Shown piece after piece: positions 50,893 through 63,377 of a stretch of 64,000 nucleotides of DNA. The DNA is from Ginglymostoma cirratum (taxonomy: Eukaryota): NCBI GenBank assembly GCA_024137785.1, contig JAHRHZ010000032.1, positions 124,001 through 188,000 on the forward strand, in the 5' to 3' direction. The position numbers were made by a program, and so were the translations under genes. Position 1 is the first letter of the stretch, and each line of letters begins with the position of its first letter. Below the pieces are notes generated by a model. It saw nothing but the letters and a program-made list of their open reading frames with translations, did not search any database and was not told the origin of the DNA.

Positions 50893-51955
50893 CTTTGACT
50901 GGCTTTCTGAAAGAAGCCAAAGAGTGGTGGTTGATGAAAAATATTCAGCCTGGAGTCCGGTTACTAGTGGTGTGCCACAAGGATCTGTTTTGGGACCACT
51001 GCTGTTTGTCATTTTTATAAATGACTTGGACGCAGACATAGGTGGATGGGTTAGTAAGTTTGCAGATGACACTAAAGTCGGTGGAGTGGTGGACAGTGTG
51101 GAAGAATGTTGCAGGTTGCAGGGAGACTTGGATAAACTGCAGGATTGGGCTGAAAGGTGGCAAATGGAGTTCAATGCAGATAAATGTGAGGTGATGCACT
51201 TTGGGAAGAATAATAGGAAGGCAGAATACTGGGTCAATGGAAAGATTCTTGGTAGTGTGGATGTGCAGAGGGATCTTGGTGTCCAGGTACATAGATCCCT
51301 GAAAGTTGCCACCCAGGTTGATAGTGCTGTTAAGAAGGCATACGGTGTGTTTGGTTTCATTGGTAGAGGGATTGAGTTCCAGAGCCGTGATGTCATGCTG
51401 CAACTGTACAAAACGCTAGTGCGGCCTCACTTGGAATATTGCGTGCAGTTCTGGTCGCCCCATTACAGGAAGGATGTGGAAGCATTGGAAAAGGTGCAGA
51501 GGAGATTTACCAGGATGTTGCCTGGTCTGGAGCGAAGGTCTTATGAGGAAAGGCTGAGGGACTTGGGTCTGTTCTCATTGGAGAGAAGGCGGCTAAGAGG
51601 GGATTTAATGGAGACCTACAAAATGATCAGAGGATTAGATAGGGTGGACAGCGAGAGTCTTTTTCCTAGGATGATGACGTCGGCTAGTACGAGGGGGCAT
51701 AGCTGGAAATTGAGGGGCGATAGATTTAAGACAGATGTCAGAGGCAGGTTCTTTACTCAGAGAGTGGTAAGGGCGTGGAATGCCCTGCCTGCCAATGTAG
51801 TTAACTCAGCCACATTAGGGGCATTTAAACAGTCCTTGGATAAGCATATGGATGATGATGGGATAGTGTAGGGGGATGGGCTTAGATTAGTTCACAGGTT
51901 GGTGCAACATCGAGGGCCGAAGGGCCTGTTCTGCGCTGTATTGTTCTATGTTCTA
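50893..51955 (+). mobile_element. Young 5'-truncated CR1 with uninterrupted 315-aa RT/C-terminal frame
   Basis: GVPQGSVLGP and FADD, running to the natural stop (DDDGIV*), then a TTCTATGTTCTA tail. Same family as 25318-28735. Confidence 0.97.
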
Positions 51956-52716
51956 AATGAAAAAGGCAAAACAAGGAAGCAACTCTATATGAGCCAAGGG
52001 TCTGAAAACAAAGGATACAATATCATGACTTCTCATATCCCCTGAAGTTTTTGTTGATGAAGCTGAAATTCTCACACTTTGTCAATATCAAAACTGATAA
52101 ACATCCTACTCTGATTCCATTCAATTTGACTCATCCAGAATTGGACACAGTCAACTCCTTCAGGTTTTACCAAGTAGACAGATATACTGGCATGTGAAAC
52201 TCTAGCATTTTCCCAGAAATTTCTACGGAGAACAGGATTTCAGGAGAAAGCCTGCAGCTTCTGGAGTGTCTTCCTTACTTAGAGCTCTGTTCTACATACC
52301 CAGAGATCAAAGTCCAGAGAATGTTGCTAGGCAAACATTAGCATGGGGCCCCTAGTCTGTTAAAGCTAAAAGTAATTACGCAAAAAAAGACTCCATCTCT
52401 TCTTCTGAAAAGTTCTGCTTAGCAACTGCTCCAAAGTCACTTGATTTCTAGTAAAACGGTAAACAGCTTACAGGAAACATTAAACTGTTGCTTTATTTAC
52501 AATAAATCATATGGTACTCTTGCTCAATTCAGAGAATTTCCAAGTAATCCAAAGTCTTCCAGTATTTCCCAAATATTCTTTAAATACAAATATATATTGC
52601 CATTAGAAGATAGAAAACAGACTTTAGAAGCATAGTGACTGAAATTTAGCAGAAGTCTTAAGTAATTAGTCACTTTAGCAGTAAAACTGAGAGGGAAGGT
52701 AACACAAATTAAATGA

Positions 52717-53423
52717 GATAACACAGTGTAGAGCTGGAGGAACACAGCAGGACAAGCAGCATCAGAGGAGCAGGAAAACTGACATTTCCAGTCAGGATCC
52801 TTCTTCAGAAATTGGGGAGGGAGAAAGGAGCTCTGAAATAAATAGAGAGGAGGGGTGGGGCTGGGGAAGGTAGGTGGGATGGTGATAGGTGAGTGCAGGC
52901 AGGGAATGGTGGGGATTGGTCAGTGAGGTGGAGGAGTGGATAGGTGGGAGAGAAGACAGACAGGCCAAGGAGACAGGGATGAGAAGGAGGGCTGGTCATG
53001 GGATGAGGCCGTGGGTGGGGAGATTTTGAAACTAGTAAAGTCCACATTGGTCTCAATATGGATGTACTAGTTTCAAAATCTCCCCACCCCCGGCCTTTTC
53101 CCATGACCAACCCTCCCCCTCATCCCCACCTCCTTTTCCTGTCCGTCTTCTCTCCCATCTATCTGCTCCTCCCACCTTACTGACCAATCCCCACCACTGC
53201 CTACCCGCACTCACCTATCACCATCCCACCTATCTTCCCCAGCTCCACCCTTGCTCTCTATTTATTTCAGAGCTCCCTTCCCCCCTCCCCCGTTTCTGAA
53301 GAAGGGTCCTGACTTGAAATGTCAGCTTTCCTGCTCCTCTGATGCTGCCTGGCCTGCTGCGTTCCTCCAGCTCCACACTGTTGTCTCTGACTCCAGCATC
53401 GGCAGTTCTTACTATCTCTGAAT
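52717..53423. mobile_element. Fold-back Penelope-like pLTR element with 11-bp TSD
   Basis: ~335-bp inverted arms meeting near 53050. Degenerate hammerheads at 52780-52811 (-) and 53293-53324 (+). AAATTAAATGA at 52706-52716 and 53424-53434. Confidence 0.9.
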
Positions 53424-54299
53424 AAATTAAATGATACAGTTTAACTGGGGTGCAAGAATGAGATGCCTAGGGATGTTTATACAAATCACTGAAGATGGGG
53501 AAACAAGTGGGGAAGTCTGATCAAAAAGCATGAGTGATCTCAGGGCTTATAAATGCAAATGCAAGGAAGTTATAATTCTTCACAAGGTCAAAGTCTTGGA
53601 TAGGCTGCGGAATTATTGTAAGGTATTTGGGTCTTCAGTTAGATAGAGTGATTAGAAAAACTTCTTTACAAGAGGTGAGGTTATAATTAACTAAATTCCT
53701 AATTGAAATACAATTTTTAAGTAAGGAACCAGTTAACCATCAAGGATGATTGAACCGGCTGGGACATTTCTGTTCTGGAAGGGATTAGGCCAAAAGGTGA
53801 CATGGTAATAACCTTGGAGTGTCACATAGGAATTTCACTCTTCTACGCTTTTGCAGGAGGAGTGGGCTGTAATGTTTGGGTCTTGCCACGCTATTTCTGA
53901 GAATGGTCAATGTTGTGGGTTATTGGTTTTACAAACTGTGTTGCTTTAAGAGTTGAATATGATAATGATCGAGGGATCAGGTTGAAACTGCATGACCACT
54001 ACTCTGGCAGTCCAGCAGAAGCGTACTAAGTGGATGTGTAAGTTATCTATCATGGCAAGTCATTGTCTGAACTGTTATATAAACCAGTGTCAGATTTTCA
54101 ACTGAATCCACACAACATAATTTGCATTACCTTCCAAAAACACTGGAACACTGGAAGTACGGTAATCAGTACTTGTAATTGGGTGCCCAACCATTGGAAG
54201 TGAAGTTCTAAGTGGATGGATGGATTCTATTTGTAATAATGTCCCAATTCAAGAATTGATGAAGTAAAAAGCATTTAATGCTCAAACTGCGTTATATCC

Positions 54300-56130
54300 G
54301 AACATACAGATGTAGGCCATTTCACTGCTCTCTTTGCCATTTAAAAAGATCATGGCTGATCCTGACCTCAAATCCCCATTCCTGCCTAACCTGATAACCC
54401 TTCACTCCCTTTCTTACCAAGGATCTATCCACCTCCACTATGAAACTATTCAAAGACTCTGCTCCCACTGTATTTTGAGGAAGTGAGTTCCAAAGACTAG
54501 TGTCTGTTTCAAATGGGTGACCTCTTATTTTTGAACAGTAACCCTAAAATTTCAGATTCTCTCAAACAGGAAACATCCTCTCCAAACCTATCCCTTTTAA
54601 GACACCTTAGGATCTTACATGATTCAATAGTCACCTCTTTTCTTTAAAGCTGCAGTGGTACAAGTCTATCCTGTCCATTCTAGGTATTGGTCTGGTAAAC
54701 CTTAGACTGACAGACACAGAAGGAGGCCATTTGGCCCATTATATCCACATCAGTAGACAAAGATCTAACAACACTAATTTCATTTTCCAGTTCTTAGCTC
54801 ATAGTCCTGGAGTCTATGACAAGGGAATATCTAAATACTGCTTAAACGTTATCAGAGATCATAATTCAACATCCCTTTCAAAAAGTGAATTTCACCCTCT
54901 GAGTGAAAAAACATTTTCCTTTTAGCCTTCTATCTCTTACTTTAAATCTATGCCATAGTGGTTGTTTACCTCTCCAGTAACTGTAAACAATGCCTTCCTA
55001 TCCACCCTATCTATGCCCCTCAGTCTTAAAAACTCTAAGAGGTCCCCTTTGTTGCTCTCTGAATGTCTTGATCATACTCTCTATATTTAAGTCCAAATCA
55101 TTAATGTACATCACAAAGAGCAAGGGCCCAGCACTGAGCTCTGCAGAACCCCACTGGAAACAGACACCTAGCTACAGAAACATCTCTTTCTCATTACTGT
55201 CTGCTTCCTGCCTCTCAGCCAATTTAGCATCCAATGTGACAGTTTGCCTTGGATCCTATGGGTCCTTATTTCTTGACCAGTCTGCCATGAGAGACTTTAT
55301 CAAAAGCTTTGCTAACGACCATGAGGACTACATAAAATCCATCATTCTTGTCAATGCTCCCACTGACCTCCTCAAAAAATTCTATCAAATTTTCCAAACA
55401 CAATTTCCTCATTACAATCCATGCTGACTATCTTTGTTTAATCTTTATCACTCCAACTGCAGATATAGTCTGTTAGAATTATTTCTAATAATTTCCCCAC
55501 CACCGAGGTTAGACTGACTAGCTTGTAAGTTCCTGGTCTATCCCCTCCTCCTTTTCTTTATTAATGAGGCAACATTAGCAGTCTTCCAGTCCTCTAGATT
55601 TGAAAACTGCTGTGAGAATCCCTGATGTCTCCTTCCTCAAAAGCCTAGGATAAACCTCATCTAGACCTGCGGATTTAGTCACTTTAAAGGTTGCTGAATC
55701 TGTTAGTATCTTCTCTCTCTCTCTTTGTGTCTCTATTAATTGCTTCTAATATCTCACGGTCCTCTAGGCTAATATCAATACCTACATTGTCCTCTTCCAC
55801 TGTCTGAACTAATTCCAATGTAGTTACATTCCTTCCTTGAATAAGGTGACCAATATGGCACACCAGACTTCAAATGTGGTCTCACATGTATAACTGAATA
55901 ATCTCTTTCTTTTCTATTCAATTCCATTTGCAATATTTGAGAACATTCTAATGGCTCTCACAATTACTTACGCTGCTTTTGCAGCTCATACAAGAGGACA
56001 CCGGATGCCTCTGCATCTCAGAACTTTACAATCTTTCACTATCTTGATAACATATTTTATTATTCTTCCTCTCAAAATGGATGATTTCACAGTTTCCCAC
56101 ATTATGCTTTTTCTAAGTAAGTTGTCCATG
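54300..56130 (-). mobile_element. Nested degenerate CR1 fragments
   Basis: CR1 3' UTRs and antisense RT remnants. Confidence 0.7.
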
Positions 56131-56515
56131 GAATGAGGGCATTGTTGGCTTGCACTTATAGCTCATCCCTAATTACCCAGAGGGCAATTAAGAATCAACT
56201 ATATTTCTGTGGCTGTGCTGAAACCATTTCCACATCCTAGTTTCCTGAACTTAGGTTATCCCTTGCTATTGTGCCAATGCCATCATTAACTGACAGAGTC
56301 AGCCCTCTACTTTTTCCTAGCTTTATGTCCTATATTCTATAACTTTCAATATTCAAACCTCAATCCAAGTCATCTTGCAGCCTCACTGTTGCAAATGTTG
56401 ACCAAGAGACTTAGAAAATGACAAACACAACTATTCAAAGTTTTACCTTTAGTCCTTCCTATAGCTAGTTGTAATGGGAGATTGATAGGAATATAAACCA
56501 ACATTTTCCTAGCTA

Positions 56516-56622
56516 CCATCAGTTCTGAGGAAGGGTCACCGGACCCAATATGTTAACTCTGATTTTTCTTCACAGATGCTGCCAGACCTGCTGAGCTTTT
56601 CCAGCAACTTCTGTTTTTGTTG
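56516..56622 (+). mobile_element. Hammerhead-headed PLE mini-element (degenerate)
   Basis: CAGTTCTGAGGAAGGGTCACCGGACCC is identical to 48417-48443; the GAAAC box is mutated. Confidence 0.8.
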
Positions 56623-56956
56623 AGTTGTTTATTGATAGAACTATAATGTTATTGTACATGACTCAATCTTAAAACATTTGCACGATCCCAGATACTCTCT
56701 AAATGGAGACACCTCATCATTCAAAAGATTAACATTCAGAAAGAAGGCTGCCTCTGAAAATGTCTTCCTCCAAAATACAAGGGTATATACAGAATTGTAA
56801 AACAACGGAAAATGCCAATGATATTGTGAAATTTAGTTGCTTTGAAAGAAAAATCCATCCAAGAAATGACTTAACACATAACACGTGATGTGTCCCAAGT
56901 CAAATGAGCACTTGATTGAATATAAGAACATCAGAAATAGGAACTGTAGTAACCTG

Positions 56957-57182
56957 AGGCGGCACAGTGGTTAGCACTGCTGCCTCACAGCACTAGGGAC
57001 CCAGGTTCAATTCCAGCCTCAGGCGACTGTCTGTGTGGGTTTCCTCCCACAGTCCAAAGATGTACAGGTTAGGTGGATTGGCCATGCTAAATTGCCCATA
57101 GTGTTCAGGGGTGTGGGATGCTCCGAGGTTTGATGTGGACTTGTTGGGCTGAAGGCCCTGTTTCCACACTGTAGGGATTCTA
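56957..57182 (+). mobile_element. HE1-like V-SINE with internal deletions
   Basis: Head and tail match the other HE1-like copies. Confidence 0.85.
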
Positions 57183-57184
57183 AG

Positions 57185-59480
57185 TGGCCCCTCAATGCTA
57201 CTCACCATTCAATATGATCATGTTGATCTTTTGTCTTAATTCCACTTTCTGGCCTTGTTCCCCTTATTGCTCGATTTTCTGAGAGATCAAAAGTTTCTCT
57301 CTATCAGCTTTGATCATTTTTATTTATTCTTTCATAGACATAAGTATCACTGACAATGCCAGTATTTATTGTTTTTGGAGTGAGATTGTACCCCCAGGTT
57401 CTAGATTTCCCAGCAAGGGGTAACCCTGTGTTTACCCTGTCAAGCCCCTCAGTATCTTATATGTTCTAATGACATCACCTCTCATTCTTCTAAACTCCAG
57501 AGAATATGGAGCCAATTTACTCAGATACCAGCGTCTTACCATTTGTTACTTTGCTGTTCACTCACGTCATGTTCTCTCTCTCTTTGTGGCCTGCTCACTG
57601 CTTGCATTCTCACTCAACTTTGTATCGTCAATAAATTTGAATACATATTCTTTGGCATCTTTGCCTGGGTCATGAATATGGAATATGAATAACTGTGTCC
57701 CCAGCACTGATTCATGGAGCCTGCCAACATGAAAATGCCTCATTTATCCCTTCCCTCAGTTTTTGTCCATTTACTAATCCTGTCTCCAAAGCTAACTTAT
57801 CACCTCAACTCTAGGAGCCTTATCTTGCATATTGCCCTTTTGTGTGACACCTTATCCAACAACGTTCTGAATGTCCAAAAGTAGCACATCCACTAATACC
57901 ATCCTCAAAAAACACTATATGGTACAATTATTCAAGGGAACAAGAGATAGACCAGAAAACTGCAGGCCAGTCAGTCTAACGTCGGTAGTGAGGAAACAAT
58001 GGAAGCAATTCTGAGGGACAGAATTAATCTGCACTTGGTGACGTAAGGATTAATCAAGAACCGACAGCAGGGTTTTGTTAAGAGGAAGTTATGTTTGATC
58101 AACGTGATTTTAATTCTACGAAAAGGTAACAAATAATAAAAAAAAATGTAGATGAAGGTAATACATTTGATGTAATCTACTTGGATTCAGCAAGGCTTTT
58201 GGTAAGGTCCTGAGTAGACATTGGCAGCGAGGGTAGGAGCCCATGGAATCTAGAGAAGTTTAGTAAATTGAATCCAGAATTGACCGAGTGGCAGGAAGCA
58301 GAGGGTGATGGCCGAGGGGTGTTTTTGTGACTGTGTCCATGGGGTTCCAATAAGGATCAATGTTTGAATCCTTGATTTTGTGGCACGTATTAGACTTGAA
58401 TGTCAGAGAATTGATCAATAAGTTGATGATATGAAAATTGACGGGGTGGTTGGTAGGAAGGAGGATAACCTTAGATTACAGGAAGTTATAGACGAGCTGG
58501 TCAGATGAGGTGGTCAGTGGCAAATGGAATTCAATTTAGATAAGTATGAGATGTTATACTTGGGCAGGACAAACAAAGTAGGAGAACACATGATGAATAG
58601 ACCCTGAAACATTGAGGATCATCGAGGCCTTGATGCTCGTGTCTACTAGTCCCTTAAGGTAGCAGGACAACTTGCATTTATTAGGCAAGGCATAAAGTTT
58701 AAAAGCAGGAAGGTTATGCTGCAACTGTATAAAATGTTGGTTAGGCCACAGCTATTGTTTGCAGTTCTGGAATCCACATGAAAGGAAGAATGTAATAGCA
58801 CTGGAGAGGGTGCAAAGAAAATTCACCAGAATGTTGCCTGGGCTGGAGAGTTGTAAACAAAGATTGTACAGACTGGGGTTGTTTTTCTTGAAGCAGAGGC
58901 GACTGTCGGGGAATGGGATTGAGATGTGTAAAATGATAAGAGGTATAGACAGGGTTGACAGGATGAAATTTTTCCCCTTGCTGGAGAGATCAATGACCAG
59001 GAGACACAGATTTAAGATAAGGGGCAGAAAGTTCAGAGAGGATGTGAGGAAAGATTTTTTCACCCAGAGGGTGGTGGGAATCTAGAACTCACAGTCTGTA
59101 AGGGAGATAGAGGCACAATCCTCATAATATTTAGTAAGTATTTAGCTGTACACTTGTGATGCCAAAGCGGACAATTCCATGGGCCAAGTGCTGGAAAATG
59201 GGATTTGAATAGTTAGGTGCTTGTTTTTGACCAATGCAGGCTCAATGGGCCAAAGGGCCTTTTTCTGAACCACAGATCTCCACGTGTTTAACAAATTTAT
59301 CAGAGTCAATGTCCACTTCATAAAACCATATTGGTTCTGTCTGATATTTTTTAGGTGCATTGTTAAAATTTCCTTAACAATTAACATTCCAGCAATTTCT
59401 CGATAAAGAGATGTCAGGCTAACTGGCCTGCAGTTCCCAGGTTTCTCTTTCTATCCTTTCTTGAACAACATTGCTCCATT
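57185..59480. mobile_element. Minus-strand CR1 remnant interrupted by a plus-strand CR1 (~57920-59280)
   Basis: ORF 58759-59085 (ALERVQRKFTRMLPGL...KDFFTQRVV) and decayed RT motifs. Confidence 0.8.
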
Positions 59481-59644
59481 TGCCATTTTAGGATTTAGCC
59501 GTTACAATGACCGGCAATTGCCATGACCAGATGAAAAGGGGTGAACAAACTCCTCTTTGTTCAGTTTCATCCACTGATCATGATAAAGGTTCAAGTTTTT
59601 TTTGCGGAAGACAATATCTCTCTCCAGCTAAAATGTAGTTAATT

Positions 59645-59780
59645 GCGTTCTGAAGAAAGGTCACTGGACCTCAAATGTTAACTCTGCTTTCTGTCCACAG
59701 ATACTGCCAGACCTGCTGAGTTTTTCCAGCAATTTCTGGTTTTGTTTCTGATTTCCAGCATTCACTGTTCTGTGGGTTTT
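59645..59780 (+). mobile_element. Hammerhead-headed PLE mini-element (degenerate)
   Basis: gttCTGAAGAaaggtcactggacctcaaatgttaac plus the same tail as 48410-48553. Confidence 0.75.
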
Positions 59781-62299
59781 TTCTTAATTTTTTTTCTGGG
59801 AGCTATTAGAAGCCAATAAGCGATGTTTTCTTGAGTCATAGGACAGAATAAATTTATTAACTGTTAACCTAAAGGAAAATAATAAAAACATCAAGTATAT
59901 GGTCCTTAAATCCACACTCACATAGGAGGTATGAAGTTAAAGAAAAATAATGACAATAGAAATAGGAGTTGAAAGAAAATACAGTTCAGTTTCTTTTGAT
60001 TGTCTTTAAATGCAAGTTTTTAACCCGGGGTTAATGTTGATTAGTTGCTTCGCTGGCTGCATTCAGACCTAACAAATGTGCAGTTAATAAAAATTTGCAG
60101 TTCCTTGATTGTTTTTCTCTGATTGTTTCTGTGGTAACCAGGTGCTAACTTCTTCATAATCTGCCAGAATACACTTGGATCCTTTCCTGAAATATTGGCT
60201 CCAGTATGTATTGCCTGGAAGTTCTTTGAGTAGCTTTGAGTCAGTGTGTTAATGCCCAGTAAAAATAAAATCGTCGTAGTCCCAGAGGATCTCAGGGCTG
60301 CTCTTTCATTCGAGAGAGATGAGTAGTAGTGGTTTGACCTGAGAGTCACCACACATCAGGAGAGGCAAGAGTTTGCAAAGGAAAGTCCTTCCCACATTTG
60401 CTGAGGTTTCATGAAGGTTCAACTGTTTTAGAAAGAAGTTATCTCCAAAAACCTTCTGATATATCCTACTCTACTCCACGGCCATTTTTCAAGGGCCTGG
60501 GCAAATTAAAGACTTACCACCTTCTCAAATCCCTCACCCTGTACAACTCCACTTCAACTCCAGTACCAAGTTTAAAGTAGATTTCTTAATTTTAAAAAAT
60601 GAGACCAACTTTGTAGCCACTTCCCTCACTTTGACGATCCATCCCTCTCTTCCGAATCAGCCTGATTCTCTGCCTCTAATGGCCCAACCTCCCCTCTCTT
60701 CCTAACCTTTGTATTTCTATGAAACCCATGACTTAATCCCTTGGTTCTGGTCCAATTCAGTTGGTGACACTTCAATTCCCCATCCTGGTCCCAATGCTAA
60801 TTACATTGTTACGGATTCCCCTTTACATAGGCAAGAGCCTGGGTTACCTGAAAACTGCAGTCATCAACCACTTTCTTAATCATGCACCTTGTCAACTCCC
60901 ATCCCATTGCTAATATTTTCTCCATTTCTAATGTAGTTTTCAGCTTAATTTTTTAATTGTGACCTAAATTTAATCTTTTATTAGGCAAATTCAGTTCTTA
61001 AAGACTGTTAATGGTAGATGCTTTTCAATTCTACCTTCTTTCAATCCACATTTTAACAGAGCCAAAGAGTCATCTTATCAACATTCTAGTTCCAGTTTCT
61101 ATAACTACCTATCCCATCTGAATTTCACTCAATTTTATCATGAAATGCTTTGAAACAGTGTGAACTTCATCTTCCTTGTGGCATAATGCACCGCTCACTG
61201 TTTGCAGTATGTTTTCAGTGTGGTCTAAAAGAAATTTCAAAAGCATCTCATTGCGGCAAGTATATATGAGTGGAACTACCTCTGAGTTTGTGGATTTCCT
61301 GTGTAATAATGTTGTTCTGCACCTTATCATAGTTTCATCTACCGCCTAAGTGCAGAGCTGGTTGAAAGACTGAGACACCCACCTAGTTTGCAAAGCAACC
61401 ATTCCACGCATCTGCTTTTTCAGCAGTGCATACATCTTGACCCTCAACAATGGTGTTGTGGTGACCAAGCTTTAAAATGGACATAATCCATTTTCGGTTA
61501 CAAATTTGATTCTCACTTAGAGTTGTGGTGCATATAATTGAAAACTGGAGCAAGCACAATCATAAAAAGGCTACTATTTACTGTTTTCTTAACAAAAATT
61601 ACAATGGTTGATTAGAAGTTGGAGCCAATCAAAATGTCTTTATATCAAACAAACAACCTTTGATAGCAGAGTAGTATATATGAATTTGACCTGTATTCTT
61701 AAATTTGTAATCTGTTGCTCAGATATTTTCTACAGAGGAAATAGAATATTTATTTACACAACTACAACATGTGTTGAGACACTATGGAAAACGGACAAAA
61801 ATAGCCCCCAAAAACAGCGTCCTCAATGCTTCTACAAAATAAAACACTCCATATTAAAATAACCAGCGAGTAAAGAACAAGATATTGTTCTCTTTTTCAC
61901 TTTAATCTTAAAACACACACTTGTAGTTTTTGAAAGCAAATTTGAACCTAGGCATACACCCTGGTAGAAAATAAATAATTTGGCCGATGGATTCTGTTGC
62001 CGTGTCAACAATTTTACTTGATCACTATTAATAACATTCCAATTAGCCCACAGAAAATGTGACTGTCGTATGGTATCAAGAGTTTCTGTACCGTCTTACA
62101 TTAGATCCTTGTCAGGAAAACACTCTGCAGTGAAAAGAACATCCAAACCGATTCATCTTCAGAAATTGAACCGCAGTCATCCCAACTGGGACACTTTCCT
62201 TTGGTTTCCCACGGGAACCTTTTTCAGCAGAATGTCTCGAATCTGGAGCCTAGACTAATCATATTGCCAGGAGTGTAGTAGGATAGGATTTCTGCTCAT

Positions 62300-62760
62300 C
62301 ATTATGGCTCCACGGCGCGTCAGCTCCAATGCCAGGAATAGGATCTTTTCAACGGGAAGAGCCGGAGTCATGCATCACTATGGTGCAGCTGGAGGAACTC
62401 AATGTGTTTCCCTGTTTTCCCAAGAGGAAGAATCAGAGGCCGCGGGCAAGCGGAAGCAAAATATTTTAGTATTTATTTTCTGGATTGACAGGGTCTTTCA
62501 GTAACCCAGCATCAATTGCCATTGGACTTTGCAATTTTTGTTCTTTCACTAAGCCCAGAGCCGGACAGCTACAGCTCTTCTTAGCTTGGTGTTGAGTGGA
62601 GCAGACAGAACATGTTCTTTCTCGTCAACCTCTATCCTTCAGCCCCGCACTCCCTGTCCACCCAGTGGATGGAGTGAAAACTTGCTGCAGCCAAATTAAG
62701 ATCCTTCACCAGAGATTCAACCAAAGTCCGCCCTTTCCCAACCACAGGCAGAATTCTGAG
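62300..62760. promoter_or_regulatory. Candidate intronic lymphoid enhancer or promoter-like island
   Basis: Unique sequence retaining CpGs. E-box CAGCTG at 62386, ETS-like GAGGAAG at 62424 and CGGAAG at 62451, GC box at 62728, RUNX AACCACA at 62740. Confidence 0.3.
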
Positions 62761-62979
62761 CACTGGATATTTGTCTATTTTAGATTTACATCTTGCACTT
62801 TTCCACTACAGCCCAGGTCTGCTCACATTTCTAAAGAAAAGAATTGGTGTGAGAATTCTCAATTTGTCGCCAGGTTAGAAGTAACTGGTGGTTTAAGTAA
62901 ATACATTGCAGGTCCAAGTTTAAACATTGCATTCACTGAAACAAATTTTATCTTTTAGTTGGATTTCTTGACGTAGAAA

Positions 62980-63377
62980 TAATGACCTGCATTTATGTAG
63001 GGAATTCACCAGCGACTAAGGGACATCCTAAAGCATGCAGTCACTGTTGGAATGTACGAAATACAATAAACAAGTTGAGCACAGGAAGGTGATATCTGTG
63101 GTATTGATTATGAGTTAAATATTTGCTAGGACACCAAGGATAAACTCCCTGCTCTCTTTCAAAGTAGTGTCATAACATCCTTTGGTTCTACCCGAGAGGC
63201 AAACAGGATTTCAGTTTAACACCTCGGCCAAAACATGACACCTTTAATAAAGTGGCACTTCCTCAATATTACACCAAAGTAACAGCCTTGACTTTCATGA
63301 TCTTGGGTGGATTTGGACTTAAATCCACAACATTCTGACTTGGGAGCAAAAGTGCTGCCAACCGAGTCACAGCTGAT
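62980..63377 (-). mobile_element. Deu-domain SINE (SacSINE1/AmnSINE-like), old
   Basis: Minus-strand head GTGACTCGGTTGGCAGCACTTTTGCT, Deu-core-like GTTAAAC..GAGCAGGGAGTT..GGTGTCCT, and a tail ending TAAATGCAGGT. Confidence 0.7.

Noticed and set aside
1661-51411. Long ORFs antisense to CR1 RT (e.g. 1661-2089, 26143-26580, 50803-51411)
   Set aside because: These are shadow frames of CR1 ORF2, not independent genes.
62070-62958. Three plus-strand ORFs of 62-120 aa
   Set aside because: No recognisable domain, and the minus frames I checked are also closed or unrecognisable. Treated as non-coding.
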